64,000 nucleotides of DNA from an uncultured Candidatus Binatia bacterium (GTDB lineage: Bacteria > Desulfobacterota > Binatia > UBA9968 > CAXXLF01): contig OZ244621.1 of assembly GCA_965218425.1 (NCBI GenBank), forward strand, positions 2,656,001 to 2,720,000. Reading direction: 5' to 3'. The notes under the pieces are model-generated. The model saw only the letters and a list, made by a program, of their open reading frames with translations, searched no databases and was not told the DNA's origin. Below, in pieces: positions 27,756-37,587 of the stretch. Both the position numbers and the translations under genes were made by a program. Positions within the stretch are counted from its first letter, which is position 1. Each line of letters starts with the position of its first letter.

Positions 27756-30272
27756 CTAGAATTCGTACGAAGCTTTCAGGTAATAGAATCCGCCGTCGAA
27801 CCCATAGGGGGAAGACTCGGGGTACTTCGCGCCCGTCTTCCCTTTGTGTGGATTTTCGGTGGGAAACGTGTCGAACAGGTTTTCCGCCCCCGCCGCGAGT
27901 GTAAGCCCGGGCTTGAAGGTGTACGAGGCTTCCGCGTCCGCCAACAACCGTTCAGAGGCGTCTATGCGAAAATCATCAGTATTCGCATGGAACTCAACGA
28001 AATCGTCGTAGTAGCGAAGCCGGGTCAGAAACCTCCAGGGTCCGCGCAGGTGATCAGCCGACAGCGAGGACCGGAAATTCGGCAGATTCTCTTCCAATTG
28101 AGTCACTCGCTTAGAATTGATGATGTCCGGATTGAACTTGTCAACCTGGGTTTGATTCCAGTTGGCCGCGAGAGTGAAGGTGGTGTCTCCGCCGAACATC
28201 TTCATCGGGTAAGTCGCCACGACGTCGATTCCCTGCGTGGTGGTGTCGAAATCGTTGGTGAAAAACCGCACGCTCGTGAAGCTGGAGGCGTCAGGAACGT
28301 TAGCAGCGATCAATGTCTGACGATCATTGTCGTCCAAAGGCAAGTTACTGGTCAGCGCGATACGGTCCTTCACCTTGATGTGGTAGTAGTCGGCGGTGAC
28401 CGCAAGGTCCCCGAGGTTGAACACTATGCCCGCGCTGACGTTGACGGACTTCTCCGGCTTCAGTTCCTTGCCCCCCTTGAGAATCGCGCCCGGATGAGTC
28501 GGCGGCAGGGTGACCCGGTCGGCGAGTGTACCCCCGATGAACTCTGTGGTGACGTTTTGAACGTTCGCTTGCCCCGCGGTGGGCGCGCGAAAGCCAGTGC
28601 TGAACGAACTGCGAAACGCAACGCTGTCGGTCGCTTGCCAACGGGCGGCCACCTTGCCGTTCAGGGTGTCTCCGAAGGTTTCATAGTTCTCATACCGGCC
28701 GGCCACGCCGACCAGAACGTCCTTGATCACGTCGGCTTCCAGGTCCAGGTAACCGGCGTAGCTGCCCTGGTTGAACTTTCCAGCAATCCTAGCCGGGAAG
28801 CCAGCAAAGCCGTTGGAGCCTACCCCGAAGCCCTCCGGTAGGGTGGTGTCAATAAACCATGAATTCTCATCGCCGGCTTCGATTTGGAACTCTTCCTCGC
28901 GATACTCCATGCCGAGGGAAAGGTTCAAGGGGGAGGCAAAGACGTTTGTGACGAACGGTTTGGACAGATCGAAATTGAATACGCGATCGGTCTCCGTGTA
29001 GGCGCCGGGTTCGTAGTCCGTCGGAATGTCAAATCCCAGTCTGATGAGCTGTGGATTGATGGTGTTATGCAAGAAAAAGTCCGTGCCGTGCTGACCGAAA
29101 ACGGCGCTTAAGTCATAGCGCCAGCCGTTGAGCCATGCGTTGTCGTGGGACAGTTTCCCCCGCAGACCGAAGGCGGCGCTCCAGTCGCGCACGGTGGCTC
29201 CGAACGTCGGGGTGAATCCGCCGGGGAAGAGATCTCTGAACGAAAACCCATCCACTCTTGGGAGGAGGTCGCCGTTAGCATCAACGAAAACGCCCTTGCG
29301 GGGGTTAGTGGCTCCCACTCCCATGACACACTGGACGTCGCTGGCTCGCACGGTACAGGGGTTACGGAAAAAGAACCCTCCTTCCACCTTGCGTTGGGCA
29401 AAGTTGCCGAATGCGTAGGCTTCCATGCCGCCGGCCAGATCGAGGCCGAGGTTGCCGAATAATTTATAGTCGTTGTGAAGCTCCGGCGAGCCCCAGATCT
29501 GCGCTGCGGGCTGCCGCACGTCGGTATTGCCGGCGTCGATCAGCCCTTGCGCATTATCCAGCTGGACGCTACGGCTGGTCGGGTCGGCTTGATTGTACTC
29601 GAAGCTGAAGTTGGCAAAGCCCGCCTTGGTCAGGGGCAGGCCGAGGTTGCCTGCAATATTGTACGTGTCGCCGTCCCCCTGGTAGTACCGGCCCCAGCGG
29701 GTTTCTACCGTGCCCCCGTCGGGCGCGTCTTTCAACACGAAATTCATCACGCCGGCCACGGCGTCGGAACCGTACTGAGCCGACGCGCCGTCGCGCAGCA
29801 CTTCCACGCGCTTGAGCGCAATGGCCGGTATCGCGGCGAGATCGGGAGGATGCGACCCGTCCGAAATACCGCCGCCCAGGAAGGTGATCACCGACGAGCG
29901 ATGGCGTCGTTTGCCGTTGACCAGAACCAGGGCGGAGTCCGGGGGCAGCCCGCGCAGGTTCGCCGGGCGCACCAGAGTTGCGGCGTCGCTGATGGGTTGC
30001 TTGTTGACGTTGTAGGACGGAACGGTGGCGGACAGGAGAGAGTCCATGTCCCTGGCGCCGTAATTCTCTAACGCGTCACCGGGAATCACATCCACCGGCA
30101 CCGGAGAATCAAGGGCCGAGCGTCCCGGGAGACGGGACCCCACGATTACCACTTCTTCGAGCTCCACGACCTTCTCTTTCTGATCCGGAGCTTCCTGTGC
30201 GGCGCCCGGTGAAACCGGCAGTACCACGAGGCTCAGCAGGAGGATGCACTTCAACGATTTCCATTTGTTCAT
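27756..30272 (-). CDS. TonB-dependent outer-membrane receptor
   Basis: Signal peptide, LEEVVIVGSR, SPVPVDV, LVLVNGKRRH, RVEVLRDGASAQYGSDAVAGVMN, C-terminal YEF; GAGGAGG RBS before ATG 30272. Confidence 0.95.
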   Translation of the reverse strand: MNKWKSLKCILLLSLVVLPVSPGAAQEAPDQKEKVVELEEVVIVGSRLPGRSALDSPVPVDVIPGDALENYGARDMDSLLSATVPSYNVNKQPISDAATLVRPANLRGLPPDSALVLVNGKRRHRSSVITFLGGGISDGSHPPDLAAIPAIALKRVEVLRDGASAQYGSDAVAGVMNFVLKDAPDGGTVETRWGRYYQGDGDTYNIAGNLGLPLTKAGFANFSFEYNQADPTSRSVQLDNAQGLIDAGNTDVRQPAAQIWGSPELHNDYKLFGNLGLDLAGGMEAYAFGNFAQRKVEGGFFFRNPCTVRASDVQCVMGVGATNPRKGVFVDANGDLLPRVDGFSFRDLFPGGFTPTFGATVRDWSAAFGLRGKLSHDNAWLNGWRYDLSAVFGQHGTDFFLHNTINPQLIRLGFDIPTDYEPGAYTETDRVFNFDLSKPFVTNVFASPLNLSLGMEYREEEFQIEAGDENSWFIDTTLPEGFGVGSNGFAGFPARIAGKFNQGSYAGYLDLEADVIKDVLVGVAGRYENYETFGDTLNGKVAARWQATDSVAFRSSFSTGFRAPTAGQANVQNVTTEFIGGTLADRVTLPPTHPGAILKGGKELKPEKSVNVSAGIVFNLGDLAVTADYYHIKVKDRIALTSNLPLDDNDRQTLIAANVPDASSFTSVRFFTNDFDTTTQGIDVVATYPMKMFGGDTTFTLAANWNQTQVDKFNPDIINSKRVTQLEENLPNFRSSLSADHLRGPWRFLTRLRYYDDFVEFHANTDDFRIDASERLLADAEASYTFKPGLTLAAGAENLFDTFPTENPHKGKTGAKYPESSPYGFDGGFYYLKASYEF

Positions 30273-30505
30273 GATTTTTACCTCCTCAAAGCGTATTCCG
30301 TAGCACAACATTATACGGCAAAGCAACTGCCCCTTCGGTAATTTTTATTCGAAATGATGTCAACCTGGGCGGGTAGGAAGGATGTCCACTTGTTTGCTTC
30401 CTTTTTTGCCCGCTAGTATCAAGTAAAGGAACGAGAGAATCGTTTCCACCTAGATCCACTGGAATAAACCTCATTGCAACTGTCGGAAGGAGAAGGAAAG
30501 ACCCC

Positions 30506-30706
30506 GTGAGCGCTCCTCAGCAGCCGGACCTCAAGCGTCCCTGCAAATTCTGCTCGCGTTTGGTGGAACAAGAGGTTTGCCGTAACTGCCAACGCCATCG
30601 TGATGTCTTGGGGCATTTTCCGGTTCCGGTGCGATGGCAGCAGGCGCCGGGGCAGCCGAGGGTTCTCGACCGGGTCTGCGGAACCTGTGGTCGGGAACTA
30701 TCCTAG
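30506..30706 (+). CDS. Small 66 aa protein with three CxxC motifs
   Basis: CKFC, CRNC, CGTC; purine-rich RBS GGAGAAGGA upstream of GTG; fills the gap before the surE stop. Confidence 0.6.
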   Translation: MSAPQQPDLKRPCKFCSRLVEQEVCRNCQRHRDVLGHFPVPVRWQQAPGQPRVLDRVCGTCGRELS

Positions 30707-30713
30707 TGCCGAC

Positions 30714-31463
30714 CTATGGCCATGGAAACATGAGGGACTTTACCTGATCAAAGGAGGCGTGGTTGGTCATGTCCACATGGAGCGGGGTCACGGAAATGAA
30801 TCCTTCGTGGACCGCCACGCAGTCCGTTCCGTCTTCGGGGGCAAACCCCAGATCGTCGCCGCCGATCCAGTAGTATTTCTTCCCTCTGGGATCCACCCGT
30901 TCCACGACGTTTTCAGCGTAGTGTCTCTTGCCCTGACGGGTGAGGCGCCAACCCTTGATTTCACGGGCGGGTACGGGGGGTACGTTAACGTTGATGAGGG
31001 TTCCCCGGGGTAGCCCCTTGTCCAAAATGCGCTTGGCCATGGCGGCGGCAAAGTCGGCTGCCACGCCGAAGGAAAACTCCTTTTGCGCCACCAATGACAC
31101 GGCGAGGGAGGGAATTCCCAGAATGGTTCCCTCGATGGCGGCCGAAACTGTGCCGGAGTAGATGATGTCGTCTCCAAGGTTGGGACCCTGATTGATGCCG
31201 GATACCACCAGGTCGGGTTTTTCCGGTAGCAGCCCGGTGAGTGCCAGCTTTACGCAATCGGTGGGGGTGCCGTCCACGGCATAGCGCCTGGGCCCCAGTT
31301 CCTCGACTCGAAGCGGGCGGTGCAAGGTCAGGGCGTGGCTCATGGAGGTCTGTTCGCGGTCGGGGGCCACAGTGTATAACTCGCCCAGTTCCTGAAGCTT
31401 TTCTTCCAATGCCGAAATGCCTTCGGAACGGATGCCGTCGTCGTTTGATATGAGAATTTTCAT
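30714..31463 (-). CDS. surE: 5'/3'-nucleotidase SurE
   Basis: ILISNDDGI, GTPTDCV, SGINQGPNLG, YSGTVSAA, INVNVP. Confidence 0.97.
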   Translation of the reverse strand: MKILISNDDGIRSEGISALEEKLQELGELYTVAPDREQTSMSHALTLHRPLRVEELGPRRYAVDGTPTDCVKLALTGLLPEKPDLVVSGINQGPNLGDDIIYSGTVSAAIEGTILGIPSLAVSLVAQKEFSFGVAADFAAAMAKRILDKGLPRGTLINVNVPPVPAREIKGWRLTRQGKRHYAENVVERVDPRGKKYYWIGGDDLGFAPEDGTDCVAVHEGFISVTPLHVDMTNHASFDQVKSLMFPWP

Positions 31464-31538
31464 TGGTTTATTTCATCAGAATACGGGCCAAGGAACAAGC
31501 CGCGGCAACTCCGGTTGTATTTAGACAGCGTCCCGACC

Positions 31539-33359
31539 TCATTCAGCTAGCACCCCGGGCAAGAGAGTCTCCATCTGGTTGAGCGGCTCCTCGAGGCTCC
31601 TAATCGCCTCGATCCAAAATTCGCTGGTTTCAAGGTCGCGATTGATCGCCTGCCGGGCGATGTTTTCAGGGGTGTCACTCCCCGTCAGGCGCAGGAACTC
31701 TTCATATTTGGGCAGGAACCCTGCTCCCTGCTCCTTGAACATCGCAAACAGCCCGCGGCTCAGAAGAAAGCCGAAGGTATAGGGAAAATTATAAAAAGTC
31801 ATCCCCGATATGTAGAAGTGGAGTTTCGATGCCCAGAAATAAGGGTCCTCGCGTCCCGCTTCCAGGACGTCGCCTAAAACGCGACGCTGGGCCGCCACCA
31901 TCAGTTCCTTGAGACGGCTCACGCTCACTTCACCCTTGGCCCTTTCCTGGTAGAGGGTCTTTTCAAATTCATAGCGTACCGGGATGTCCAAAAGATAAAT
32001 GGCGCCATGACCGGTTTCCATATCCAATACCAGCGTTTTCTCGGCCTCGCTTATGGCAGGATCCTTGAGCATGCCGCTAGTCAGGACCATCTCGGCAAAC
32101 GTGGAAGCCGTCTCGGCAAGGGTCATGGGCCCTCGTCTGGCATAGGGACGGATGTCGCCCATGACTTTACTGTGAAAGGCGTGTCCGGCCTCATGGGCCA
32201 AGGTCAACACGTCTCCCATGGAACGGTTGTAGGTCATGAAGATTCGGGATTCTTTGGTCAGGAGAGAACCCGTGCAAAAGCCGCCGGGGCGTTTACCGGC
32301 ACGGGGCCGCCAGTCGATCCAGCTCCTGTGGACCACCGACCGGAAGAAATCGGCGAGAGCGGGGTACGATTGATCGAAGGAGTTTTGGATGAGGGCTTTT
32401 GCTTGATCCCAAGAGAGCTGCCCTTGACCAGGAATGGAGAGCGGGGCGCCCAAGTCATACCAGGCTACCCCCGCGGTCTTCATGGCCCTGGCCTTGAGAC
32501 GGAGAATTCGGCGGGGCAATTCGAGTTCCGCGTGGACGGCCTCCATCATGGCATTGAGGGTCTTTTGTGTGATCCCGGACTGGAACAGGGCGACATCGAG
32601 GAAGTGGTTCACGCCTCGATGCCGGTCGAGAGTCAGGCGGGTTCCTGAGATGCCGTTCAGAGCGGCAGCGGTGGTGTCTTCAACACTCCGCCATGCTCTG
32701 TTGCCGGCCTCGAATGCGGCCTTTCTGACGCGGCGGTCCGGGTTTTCCATGAGAGAACGCCGCTGGGATATGGGCAAGCGCTGGCGGGTACCGTCCGGGT
32801 AGATCATGTGGAATTCAAGCTTTCCGGATAGGGTGTCGTAAAGACGCCCCCAGGCGTTGATGCCGTCCACCCCGAGATCGGTGGCGAGCACTTCCTCTTC
32901 CCGGCTCATCCTGTTGAGAGCCTCCTGGCGCAGGCGGTCTAGATAATGCCGTGCGCCTCGAAACTGATCACGTTTAGACACCATGGCAAACGCCTCAGGG
33001 GATGCCTCTTTGACGGCGCGCAGTAGTTCGACTCTGAGCTTGGCAAATTCCGCCCTCATCAAGGACATCTGAGCTTCCTCTTTGACGTAGGCCTCGTTTC
33101 GTGCGTCGGCGGAGGCCAGACAGCCGATGTAGGAGCCAAGGTGAGAGAGACGCACCTGGAGTTCCTCGTTCTTCTCCAGTATTTCCGACCACTGACCAAC
33201 AGTGTCGGGGTTCAGGGAGGGTAGGGCGCCAGCCCGTTCCCGGAGTGAAGCAATGTCTTTTTGTAACGACTCTTTGAATTGTCGCATCTCGCGGCCATTG
33301 AACTCCGGAAAATAGCTGGTGAGGTCCCAGTCCATTTTGTTGTGATTGATATTCGCCAT
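31539..33359 (-). CDS. M3B oligoendopeptidase F family
   Basis: KRPGGFC, TLAHEAGHAFH, LAETASTFAE, FYNFPYTFG. Confidence 0.92.
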   Translation of the reverse strand: MANINHNKMDWDLTSYFPEFNGREMRQFKESLQKDIASLRERAGALPSLNPDTVGQWSEILEKNEELQVRLSHLGSYIGCLASADARNEAYVKEEAQMSLMRAEFAKLRVELLRAVKEASPEAFAMVSKRDQFRGARHYLDRLRQEALNRMSREEEVLATDLGVDGINAWGRLYDTLSGKLEFHMIYPDGTRQRLPISQRRSLMENPDRRVRKAAFEAGNRAWRSVEDTTAAALNGISGTRLTLDRHRGVNHFLDVALFQSGITQKTLNAMMEAVHAELELPRRILRLKARAMKTAGVAWYDLGAPLSIPGQGQLSWDQAKALIQNSFDQSYPALADFFRSVVHRSWIDWRPRAGKRPGGFCTGSLLTKESRIFMTYNRSMGDVLTLAHEAGHAFHSKVMGDIRPYARRGPMTLAETASTFAEMVLTSGMLKDPAISEAEKTLVLDMETGHGAIYLLDIPVRYEFEKTLYQERAKGEVSVSRLKELMVAAQRRVLGDVLEAGREDPYFWASKLHFYISGMTFYNFPYTFGFLLSRGLFAMFKEQGAGFLPKYEEFLRLTGSDTPENIARQAINRDLETSEFWIEAIRSLEEPLNQMETLLPGVLAE

Positions 33360-33486
33360 GGTGAAAACGTTTCCTTTCTGAACTGCCCAGAAGGCTACCT
33401 GCCTTGTTCGCCGGTGTAAAGAAGATTTTGCGGAAGGCTTCGAGAATTGAAACTCTCCGCCGGGACCTGAAAAGACTTGCTCAGTG

Positions 33487-33585
33487 CTCCTCGGGGAGCG
33501 ATCCTCCGGCCGTGGGCAACAGGCCGGTGAATATCTGAGGCTTTACGTTCGATGCCCACGGCCTTACGTCTCGCTCCCCTCGTCG
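33487..33585 (+). repeat. ~100 bp structured dispersed repeat, copy B
   Basis: GGGGAGCGA..GGCCGTGGGCA..TGCCCACGGCC..TCGCTCCCC nested stems. Confidence 0.85.
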
Positions 33586-33783
33586 CCCCACGTTGTTAGG
33601 CGCAGGGGGTCTGGCACGAAGAAAGGGAGACGTCCGGTACTGGCGGCTCATGCCAATTTGGCATGTCAGATCAAATGATGGGGCCTCGTGGCCGAGACCC
33701 ATCGGCTCCCGCTGAGAGGCAGGCCCCCAAGCCCAGAAATTCGCGATTTTGTAAATGGCGCGCTGAGCGAGCTTGCAAACCTA

Positions 33784-34873
33784 TGGAGAGCCGCATAATA
33801 TAATGACATTGGATAAGAACTTAATGTATAGTGGTGGTATGGGAAACCCACTTGGAGTGCGACGGGACTTTGAAGCATTGGAGCGGCGGTGGATGGAGGC
33901 GGGGAGGCTGTTGAAGCGAGGGCTGTCGGAGGCGGAGGTGGCGCGTTGGGTGGGAGTGCACCGCCAGTCGGTGAATCGATGGGCGCGGCAGTTGGCCGAG
34001 AGCGGCAGAGCCGGGCTCAAGCAGGCGGGGCGTGCCGGACGCAAGCCGCGACTGAGCCCGGCGGATCTGAAGAAGATCGAGGGCGGTTTGAAACGGGGAC
34101 CCGAAGCGCTGGGGTACGACACGAGCCTGTGGACCGCAAGGCGAGTGGCCCACTTGATTGGGGAAGCCTGCGGAGTCACATACCATCCGGGCCATGTTTG
34201 GCGGATATTGCGGCAGTTGGGGTGGAGTTGCCAGCGGCCGACGGGACGTGCCTTGGAACGAGATGAAGAGGCGATCCGGCAGTGGAAGAAGAAGCGCTGG
34301 CCGGAGATTAAAAAAAAGCCCGAAACGAGGGGCGAACCATAGTGTTCGTGGACGAAAGCGGGCTGAGCGAGCGGCCGAATCGGTATCGTACGTGGTCGCC
34401 CCGAGGACAGACGCCAGTGCTGCAATATCACTTCAACTGGAAGAGTCTGTCGGCCATCGCCGGAGTCACCTGGTGGCGCTTGTACTTTCGAGTGTATCCG
34501 GGAGCCATCAAGAGCCCCCAGATCATCGAATTCCTGAAGCACTTGATGCGTCATGTTTCCGGGCCGCTGCTGGTAGTGTGGGACGGACTGCCCAGCCACC
34601 GGAGCCGGTTGGTTCGGGACTTTGTTGCCGCTACCGAAGGCGCGTTGGTGCTGGAACGGTTGCCGGCCTATGCACCGGAACTGAATCCCGTCGAATACCT
34701 CTGGGGATACTGGAAGCATCATGAACTGCCCAACTTCTGTGCCAAGGACTTCGCTCAACTCAGCCACCATGCTCGTCGGGCCCTTTGCCGAATGCGCCGC
34801 AGGCCTCGTCTCGTTACCGCCTTCTGGAAACAGTCCAGCCTTTTCTGATGTCATTATATTATACGAGGATCAA
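33784..34873 (+). mobile_element. IS630-family insertion sequence, copy 2 (1090 bp)
   Basis: TA flanks 33782-33783 and 34874-34875; reconstructed empty site AACC-TA-GGTT; near-identical to copy 1. Confidence 0.93.
33839..34848 (+). CDS. IS630 transposase, frameshifted at A8G 34310-34318
   Basis: Same two-ORF structure as copy 1; one R-to-W difference near the N-terminus. Confidence 0.9.
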
Positions 34874-34879
34874 TAGGTT

Positions 34880-34978
34880 CTCCTCGGGGAGCGATCCTCC
34901 GGCCGTGGGCAACAGGCCGGTGAATATCTGAGGCTCTACGCTCGATGCCCACGCCCTACGTCTCACTCCCCCTCGTCG
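34880..34978 (+). repeat. ~100 bp structured dispersed repeat, copy C
   Basis: Direct repeat of 33487-33585, starting 4 bp after the IS right-end TA. Confidence 0.85.
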
Positions 34979-35220
34979 CAAACCGCTGCAGGGTGAGGAG
35001 TTTTGGCCCCCGGTCCTTTTCAATTACCACGGCCTGTTGCAGGTTGATGTCGTGCTAAGTAAGCCTTCGCGGCATAGCCGCAGCCCGCGGTGGAGTCATT
35101 TTAGTCCGTCGAAACTCTAGGCGACTGGAGTGACTGGAATGGAAATTCCATGACTTCTTGACTTTGAAGTTTCTTCTCACCTAGAGTGCCGTGAGAGTAA
35201 TAAATGAGGAGGATCAATTT

Positions 35221-36048
35221 ATGGCAATTGCGTCCTACGCAACCGTAAAGGTTGAAAAGGAAGATGGAATCACTTGGGTGACTTTGAATCGCCCGGAGAA
35301 ACGCAATGCGATGAACCCGCAGCTCCACTTTGACATGCTGGATGCGATTACGGATCTCGAGGTGGATGACGAGACCAAGGTGCTGGTTTTGACGGGCGCC
35401 GGGGACAGCTGGTGCGCCGGACAGGATCTTAGAGAGTATTTTCGCGGACTGGAGAACAACCCCAAAGAGCGCAGGCGCGCGGGATGGTCCAGTCAGCAAT
35501 GGCGCTGGGAAAAACTCTACATGTTCCCCAAGCCCACCATCGCCATGGTGAACGGATTCTGTTTTGGTGGCGCCTTCACCCCGCTGGTGGCCTGCGACTT
35601 CGCCATTGCAGCGGAGGAAGCGATCTTTGGGCTTTCCGAGGTCAACTGGGGTATCCTTCCCGGTGGGCTAGTGACCAAGGTGGTGTCCGACATCATGAGC
35701 TACCGCGATGGGCTCTACTATTGCATGACCGGGGATAGCTTCGACGGCAAAAAGGCCGCCGAGATCCGCCTGGTGAACTATGCGGTTCCACGTGCCAAGT
35801 TGCGCGGGGAGACCGTCTCATTGGCCAAGAGGCTCATGGAGAAAAATCCCTGGGCGCTGCGCGGCTGCAAGCAAGCCTTCAAGACGGTCCGAACCATGGA
35901 TTATCACCAGGCGGGGGATTATCTCGCAGTCAAGAGTTTGGAGATCAGACACACGGATAAGGAAGGGGGCCGTGAGAAGGGCATGGAGCAGTTTCTGGAC
36001 GAAAAATCCTATCGTCCCGGCCTTCAAGCCTATGACCGTAAAAAGTAA
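35221..36048 (+). CDS. p-hydroxycinnamoyl-CoA hydratase/lyase (crotonase family)
   Basis: LNRPEKRNAMNP, WCAGQDLREYFR, FGGAFTPLVACD, GLSEVNWGILPGG, QFLDEKSYRPGL. Confidence 0.88.
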   Translation: MAIASYATVKVEKEDGITWVTLNRPEKRNAMNPQLHFDMLDAITDLEVDDETKVLVLTGAGDSWCAGQDLREYFRGLENNPKERRRAGWSSQQWRWEKLYMFPKPTIAMVNGFCFGGAFTPLVACDFAIAAEEAIFGLSEVNWGILPGGLVTKVVSDIMSYRDGLYYCMTGDSFDGKKAAEIRLVNYAVPRAKLRGETVSLAKRLMEKNPWALRGCKQAFKTVRTMDYHQAGDYLAVKSLEIRHTDKEGGREKGMEQFLDEKSYRPGLQAYDRKK

Positions 36049-36086
36049 CCAGAAGTGAGGCGAGTTGACAGGGGAGGGAAAGCAGC

Positions 36087-37253
36087 GTGAACTTTGAGCT
36101 ACCGGAAGAGATCCAGCTCATCAAACGAACCGTAAGGGAGTTTATTGACCGAGAGGTTATTCCCTTGGAGCGTGAGTATCGCCCTGAAGGGGAGGAGATG
36201 CCGGACCATATCATGAAACCCCTCCAGGAAAAGGCCAAGGCTCTGGGGTTCTGGCACCTCGACGTCCCCAAGGAATACGGCGGTACTGGGCTCGACCTGC
36301 TCACCCGCTGTGTCATCACCGAAGAGGTTTCCCGTACGGCAGCCATCCCGTTTCGCAGCAACGAACTGTTCGGACCCTCGGTGCGGCCGGTTTTGTTTCA
36401 TTCCAATGAGGAGCAGAAGGAGCGCTTTCTCTTTCCCGTATTGAGGGGTGAGATGAAGGTCTGTTTTGCCCAGACTGAGCCGGACGCAGGAAGTGACCCC
36501 GCGAACATGCGAACCCGGGCGGTGCGTGATGGAGACCACTTTGTTTTGAATGGAACTAAACGCTTCATCACCGGCGCCGGTCGTGCGGACTATGCTCAAT
36601 TGATTGCTGTAACTGACCCGGAAAAACGAGCGCGCGGCGGCATTACCTGCTTCATGGTGGACATGAAGAGCCCGGGGGTATTACTTGAACGCCAGTGGCC
36701 CACCATGATGGGGGATGCACCCTGGCAGATCGTCTTCGACGACGTACGGGTCCCCGCTGCGAATATCATTGGAAATCTAGGACAGGGCTTTGCCCTGGGC
36801 CAGAATTGGATCCAGGAGGGTCGCATCAAAGGGCATGGCGCCCGGCCCCTGGGGATCGCCCGGCGCGCCCTGGACATGATGATCGATTACTCCCACAACC
36901 GTGTCACCTTCGGGCAACCGCTAGCCGAGCGCCAGGCGGTGCAGTTTATGGTGGCCGATTCCGCCACGGAACTCCATGCGGCACGGCTCTTGGTTTACGA
37001 ATGTGCCTGGCGTAGCGACCGTGGAGAGGACGTGCGCAACCTTTCCTACATGGTCAAGATCACGTGCACGGAGATGGCCAGTCGGGTGGTGGATCGTGCC
37101 ATTCAAGTGCACGGTGGTGTCGGGTTGACCAAGGACCTGCCCCTGGAATGGTGGTATCGGCAGCTTCGCAGTATTCGAATCACGGAGGGGGCCACCGAGG
37201 TTTTACGTTGGCGGCTGGCGCAGAACCTCATGAAGAGACGCGGGCCGCGCTAA
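36087..37253 (+). CDS. Acyl-CoA dehydrogenase
   Basis: FAQTEPDAGSD, LNGTKRFIT, RVTFGQPL, AIQVHGG, RITEGATEV. Confidence 0.93.
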   Translation: MNFELPEEIQLIKRTVREFIDREVIPLEREYRPEGEEMPDHIMKPLQEKAKALGFWHLDVPKEYGGTGLDLLTRCVITEEVSRTAAIPFRSNELFGPSVRPVLFHSNEEQKERFLFPVLRGEMKVCFAQTEPDAGSDPANMRTRAVRDGDHFVLNGTKRFITGAGRADYAQLIAVTDPEKRARGGITCFMVDMKSPGVLLERQWPTMMGDAPWQIVFDDVRVPAANIIGNLGQGFALGQNWIQEGRIKGHGARPLGIARRALDMMIDYSHNRVTFGQPLAERQAVQFMVADSATELHAARLLVYECAWRSDRGEDVRNLSYMVKITCTEMASRVVDRAIQVHGGVGLTKDLPLEWWYRQLRSIRITEGATEVLRWRLAQNLMKRRGPR

Positions 37254-37297
37254 CCAAATCTATTTTGAAATTTTCTCCCTGAAATTGGGTTTGGGGA

Positions 37298-37490
37298 TCG
37301 GATAAAAGACGACTCGGGCAAAGGCGCAAAGGATAAAAAAATTATAAACTCGAAATCCGAAATTCGAAACAAATCCAAATGATCAAAAGACATAAAATTC
37401 CAAGCAATTTCGTTTTGGATTTCGGTTTTTGGATTTGAGTGTTTTGGTTTGTTTGAGATTTCGAGCTTGGGATTTCGAATTTTAATTCGG
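37298..37490 (-). repeat. AT-rich heptamer-based intergenic element, copy 2
   Basis: Reverse complement aligns with 18800-19060. Confidence 0.75.
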
Positions 37491-37587
37491 CGGCGTCTTG
37501 GCGCGATAAACCTTGACGAAGTTGCTCTGATGAACATTTCAAAGGGTTTTATACGCTTAACATGCCAAAATAAGATCTCGTCAAGAC

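Noticed and set aside
30272..30505. Cobalamin or other riboswitch upstream of the TonB receptor
   Set aside because: No B12-box or other recognisable aptamer motif on the minus strand.
33487..34978. Direct repeats on both sides of IS copy 2 as a long target-site duplication or CRISPR
   Set aside because: The IS has a normal TA duplication; repeat B is about 200 bp from the left end, the copies are diverged, and there is no spacer array or cas gene.
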